Below, one piece after another: positions 60,156 through 64,000 of a stretch of DNA of 64,000 bases. The notes below the pieces were generated by a model, which was given only the letters and a program-made list of their open reading frames with translations, did no database searches and was not told where the DNA came from. Position 1 is the first letter of the stretch, and every line of letters starts with the position of its first letter. The DNA comes from Alphaproteobacteria bacterium. GTDB taxonomy: Bacteria > Pseudomonadota > Alphaproteobacteria > MPNO01. The stretch covers positions 768,001 through 832,000 of the forward strand of contig OZ219866.1 in assembly GCA_964291675.2 (NCBI GenBank), read 5' to 3'. The position numbers were made by a program, and so were the translations under genes.

Positions 60156-60746
60156 ATGACCGGGGCGGGACTCGATCGCAGGGAGGTGCTGGGCGCGCTG
60201 TTCCCCGACCCCGCGCGGTATCTGATGGTGGCAGGGCTCGCGGGATCGGCGCGCGACGCCGCGGCCCTGACCGGCGAGGCGGATTACCTGTTCGCCTTCG
60301 GCGGCGCGATGGGCGGGGCGGTGCCGATGGGACTCGGCATGGCGCTCGCCGCGCCGGACCGGCTTGTGGCGGTGATCGCCGGCGACGGCGAATTGCTGAT
60401 GAATGCCGGCGCGCTCGCCTCGGTCGCTTCGGCGATGCCGGAAAACCTGTCCATCGTCTGCATCGACAACGGCCGCCACGGCGAGACCGGCGGCCAGCTC
60501 GGCCATACCGCGCGGCGCACCGACCTCGCCCTTCTGGCGGAGGGGGCGGGCCTGCCCTCGACGATGACGGCGGCGGACGGCGCCGGGCTCGCCGCCGCCG
60601 CGGACTTCCTGGAGACCGCCCCCGGCCCCCGCTTCGTCTGCGTGCGCGTCCGGCCCGGCCCGCCGGCCGAGTACCGCCGGAGCTGGGATCCCGCCGAGGG
60701 CCGCCTGCGCTTCCGCCGCGCCTTCGACGCGGCGAGGCGAGCGTGA
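60156..60746 (+). CDS. Sulfopyruvate/phosphonopyruvate decarboxylase-like beta subunit (TPP PP domain)
   Basis: GAMG.A...GLGMALA.P, GDGELLMN, DNG..GETGGQ. Confidence 0.85.
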   Translation: MTGAGLDRREVLGALFPDPARYLMVAGLAGSARDAAALTGEADYLFAFGGAMGGAVPMGLGMALAAPDRLVAVIAGDGELLMNAGALASVASAMPENLSIVCIDNGRHGETGGQLGHTARRTDLALLAEGAGLPSTMTAADGAGLAAAADFLETAPGPRFVCVRVRPGPPAEYRRSWDPAEGRLRFRRAFDAARRA

Positions 60747-60933
60747 CCGGCTCGCGCCGGCCGCCGAGCCGGGGCGCGGTTTCGCGGTCGGGGGCCGCTT
60801 CTCCTGCGACGATTCGGCCGCCCCGGGTTTAGCCTTACCGGTGGACGCAGGGCCGGTCTTGCGGTCTTTTCCGTCACCCCGGCACGTTCGCTTCCGGCCG
60901 CCGGGGTGCCCAACCCGCGACCGGGGACGCAGA

Positions 60934-62271
60934 ATGGATGGCAAGCGCGCATCCGGGCGACGCAAACCGCGCGCGGTCGCCCATACGCTGCTCAATGCGG
61001 TGCTGCTCGACCGGATGCCGCTCGACCGGGCGCTCGCGGACTCGTCCGACTTCGCCGCGCTCGACGAGCGCGACCGGGCGCTGGTGCGCCATCTGACGGC
61101 GACGGTGCTCAGGCGCCTCGGTCAGATCGATGCGCTGCTCGCCGCCTTCATGCGCCGGGGTCTGCCGCGCCGCGCGGCCTCGGCGCAGAACGCTCTCCGG
61201 CTGGGCGCCGCCGATATCGTCTTCCTGCGCACCCCGGCCCATGCCGCGGTCAACGAGGCGGTGTCGCTGCTCGCGGCACCGACCGCGCGGCGCTATCGCG
61301 GGCTCGCCAACGCGGTTCTGCGCCGGCTGGTGCGCGATGGAGCGCGGCTGAGGGCGTCGCAGGACGCAGCCCGTCTCAACACCCCGGACTGGCTCTGGCG
61401 GAGCTGGGCCGCGGCCTATGGCGAGGCGGCGGCGCGGGCGATCGCGGAGGCCCACCTGGCCGAGCCGCCGCTCGACATCACCGTCTCGGCGACGCCCGAA
61501 GACTGGGCGGACTGGCTGCACGCCGCGGTGCTTCCGACCCGCAGCCTGCGCCGCGCTCCGGCGCCGGTGGAAAGCCTGCCGGGCTTCCGCTCCGGCGGCT
61601 GGTGGGTGCAGGACGCGGCCGCGGCGCTCCCCGCCCGAATCCTGCTGGCCGGGATCGGGGACCGGCTGGAGGACCGGCGTATCGCCGATCTCTGCGCCGC
61701 GCCCGGCGGCAAGACCGTTCAGCTCGCGGCGGCGGGAGCGCGGGTGACCGCGCTCGACATTTCGCCGCGCCGGCTGGAGCTCGTCGCCGCAAGCCTCGAC
61801 CGGCTCGGTTTCACGGCGGAGCTGGTCGCGGCCGATTTGCGCGCGTGGACCCCGCCCGCGCCGCTCGATGCGGTGCTGCTCGATGCGCCCTGTACCGGCA
61901 CCGGCACGATCCGCCGCCGCCCGGACGTCGCACGAAACAAGACCCCGGCCGACCTGGCCCGGATGGCCGACCTCCAGCGCGCGCTGCTCGGCGCCGCGGC
62001 GAAGACCGTGCGGCCTGGCGGCCGGCTGGTCTACGCGGTCTGTTCGCTCCAGCCAGAGGAGGGGCCCGAGCCGGTGGAAGCCTTCCTCGCCGCCTGCCCC
62101 GCCTTCCGGCGCCTGCCGATCGCGGCGGACGAGGTGACCGGCATCGGTCCTTTCCTCGCCCCGAACGGCGATGTCCGCACGCTTCCCTCCGATCTCCCCG
62201 GACAGGGCGGGATGGACGGATTCTATGTCTGCCGACTGGAACGCCGCAGCGGCGCGGCCGCGCTCTCCTGA
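60934..62271 (+). CDS. rsmB: RsmB/Sun-family RNA m5C methyltransferase
   Basis: NusB-like N-terminus (LANAVLR), WWVQD.AA, DLCAAPGGKT, LDAPCTGTGT.RR.PD, VY.VCSL..EEG, DGFY. Confidence 0.9.
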   Translation: MDGKRASGRRKPRAVAHTLLNAVLLDRMPLDRALADSSDFAALDERDRALVRHLTATVLRRLGQIDALLAAFMRRGLPRRAASAQNALRLGAADIVFLRTPAHAAVNEAVSLLAAPTARRYRGLANAVLRRLVRDGARLRASQDAARLNTPDWLWRSWAAAYGEAAARAIAEAHLAEPPLDITVSATPEDWADWLHAAVLPTRSLRRAPAPVESLPGFRSGGWWVQDAAAALPARILLAGIGDRLEDRRIADLCAAPGGKTVQLAAAGARVTALDISPRRLELVAASLDRLGFTAELVAADLRAWTPPAPLDAVLLDAPCTGTGTIRRRPDVARNKTPADLARMADLQRALLGAAAKTVRPGGRLVYAVCSLQPEEGPEPVEAFLAACPAFRRLPIAADEVTGIGPFLAPNGDVRTLPSDLPGQGGMDGFYVCRLERRSGAAALS

Positions 62272-62279
62272 CCGGATTT

Positions 62280-62777
62280 TCATACGAGGAACCCGGATGG
62301 CCGACGACGCGGCGCGCCTCGTCCTGGAAGACGGGACGACGCTCGCCGTCCGAGCCTGGCAAAACTACCGCGAACGCCCGCCGGCGGCGCCCGATTGGGG
62401 ATCGTTCGGCGCTGGATACAGGTATCGAAAACAGAATCGACGTATCGCAGTTTCGCCGGAGCCAGAGCTTTCAACATTCGCACAATCGCACGGGAGCCGT
62501 CGTCCAGAGCGCTTCGGGCAAGCGCCGGCACATCGCCTTCCGCCACCGCCGCATCGAGTTCCGCGTGGCGAAATACTTTCCGCTTCAGCACGAGCGAACC
62601 TTTGAGTTCCCGCGTCCTCTCACTGTAGCGGCGGCCGAAATGCCGGATTTCCTCGGCGTGAAGATCGCGGACGACATCCCAGAGAACGCGGTCGCGGACG
62701 GCGATGCCGGCCAGGACCTCGTAAGGCGAAGCTACGCGGTCGTGACCGCTCTCGTCCACGAACGGGACCCATGCCAT
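62280..62777 (-). pseudogene. Truncated DUF3800-like protein remnant
   Basis: Starts FVDESG..., then ELKG; protein-like sequence stops near 62410 and the frame continues as Arg/Pro/Gly-rich antisense sequence. Confidence 0.6.
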
Positions 62778-62887
62778 CCGGTCAGGCTGTCAGCGCTCCC
62801 GACCGGCCGCAAGAACCGCCGCCACCTGGAGCCCCGGCGGACGCCTAATCTGTTGCTGCGACTCTGTGAAGCTGTTACCAAGTCCAG

Positions 62888-63553
62888 GTGCCCCGAGCGG
62901 TAAGAATTGCGCCGTCCATCCTCTCGGCCGACTTCGCGAGGCTGGGCGCGGAGTTGCGCGCCGTGACCGATGCGGGCGCGGATCTCATCCATGTCGACGT
63001 CATGGACGGGCATTTCGTTCCCAACATCACCATCGGCCCGGGCGTGGTGAAGGCGCTCAAGCCGCACTCCGCCCTGCCCTTCGACGTGCATCTGATGATC
63101 GCGCCTGTCGACCCCTTCATCCCGCAATTCGCCGCCGCCGGCGCCGACATCGTAACCGTCCATGCAGAGGCCGGGCCGCATCTCCATCGCAGCCTCGCGC
63201 TGATCCGCGAGCAGGGCTGCAAGGCCGGGGTCTCGCTCAACCCCTCGACCCCCGCCGCGGCGGTCGCCCCGGTGCTGGACGCGGTCGACCTGGTGCTGGT
63301 GATGAGCGTCAACCCGGGCTTCGGCGGGCAGTCCTTCATCGAGAGCCAGCTCGACAAGCTGGGCGCGCTCAGGCGCATGATCGACGACAGCGGCCGCGAC
63401 ATCGCGCTCGAGGTCGATGGCGGAATCAACCCCGAGACCGCCCGGCGGGCGGCCGGGGCGGGCGCGGATATCCTGGTCGCCGGCACCGCCGCTTTCTCGG
63501 GCGGCGAGCCGGCCTATGCGGAGAACATCCTCCGCCTGCGCGGCGATGCCTGA
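62888..63553 (+). CDS. rpe: Ribulose-phosphate 3-epimerase
   Basis: [49 protein letters not shown]. Confidence 0.98.
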   Translation: MPRAVRIAPSILSADFARLGAELRAVTDAGADLIHVDVMDGHFVPNITIGPGVVKALKPHSALPFDVHLMIAPVDPFIPQFAAAGADIVTVHAEAGPHLHRSLALIREQGCKAGVSLNPSTPAAAVAPVLDAVDLVLVMSVNPGFGGQSFIESQLDKLGALRRMIDDSGRDIALEVDGGINPETARRAAGAGADILVAGTAAFSGGEPAYAENILRLRGDA

Positions 63554-64000
63554 CGGCGGCGCCGCCGCGGCCAGGACAGCCGGCGCCCGGCCGGTGCGCG
63601 GGCGGCGCCGCAACCCGGTGCGCCTGGCGCTCCACCGCCTGGAGCGCCTGACCGTCCGGCGCGTGATCTATTCCCTGGCGACGGTCTGGTTCAACGGGCT
63701 GTTCTACCGCCGCACGCTCGGCGGGCGCTACGGCAAGGGTCTCGCCCACGCGCCCCGGGAAGCCTGGCTGGGCGACGCCAGGCGGGGCTCGGCGGTGCTG
63801 CGGCGGGAATACGCCTTCGCCGGCCACGCCGAGACCGAGCCGGGCGATCCGTGGCGCGCCGCCGACGCGCCGCAGGCCTGGACCGCGGCGCTGCACGGCT
63901 TCGACTGGCTGCGCGACCTGCGCGCCGTCGGCGGCAGGACGGCGCGCGATCACGGCCGCGAGATGGTGGAGGACTGGCTCCGGCGCGAGGACCGCTGGCA
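63546..64000 (+). CDS. Heparinase II/III-like protein, 3'-truncated by the window edge
   Basis: ATG overlaps the rpe end; GD..RG...L...Y.FAG and [13 protein letters not shown]; usual neighbour of rpe in alphaproteobacteria. Confidence 0.75.
   Translation, partial: MPDGGAAAARTAGARPVRGRRRNPVRLALHRLERLTVRRVIYSLATVWFNGLFYRRTLGGRYGKGLAHAPREAWLGDARRGSAVLRREYAFAGHAETEPGDPWRAADAPQAWTAALHGFDWLRDLRAVGGRTARDHGREMVEDWLRREDRW

Overview
High-GC alphaproteobacterial (Rhodospirillales-like) chromosome segment. Core genes: lgt-MidA-pgeF, ffh-rpsP-rimM-trmD-rplS-leuCDB, asd, sdhCDAB, tRNA-Thr(CGT), hemC-hemD-COG4223-HemY, tsaD, gpsA, acs, rsmB and rpe. Between them lie accessory catabolic modules (three molybdenum-hydroxylase large subunits, TRAP and BMP-type ABC transporters, pobA, an AprAB-like flavoprotein/ferredoxin pair with an adenylate-forming ligase) and two toxin-antitoxin loci. 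Two signals stand out. (1) A hidden selenoprotein: an AhpD/CMD-like gene (473-1117) has an in-frame UGA in a CxxU motif followed by a SECIS-like hairpin, and is coupled to a Cys-less paralogue, a Mo-hydroxylase and an XRE regulator. (2) A lower-GC cassette between leuB and a TRAP operon (18402-20193) has a near-consensus sigma70 promoter, a structured ~180-nt non-coding RNA ending in an intrinsic terminator, and two coupled proteins I cannot assign to any family; it is a candidate RNA-associated toxin or defence system. No CRISPR array, rRNA, integrase or transposase was seen. All calls come from reading the sequence by eye, with no database searches.
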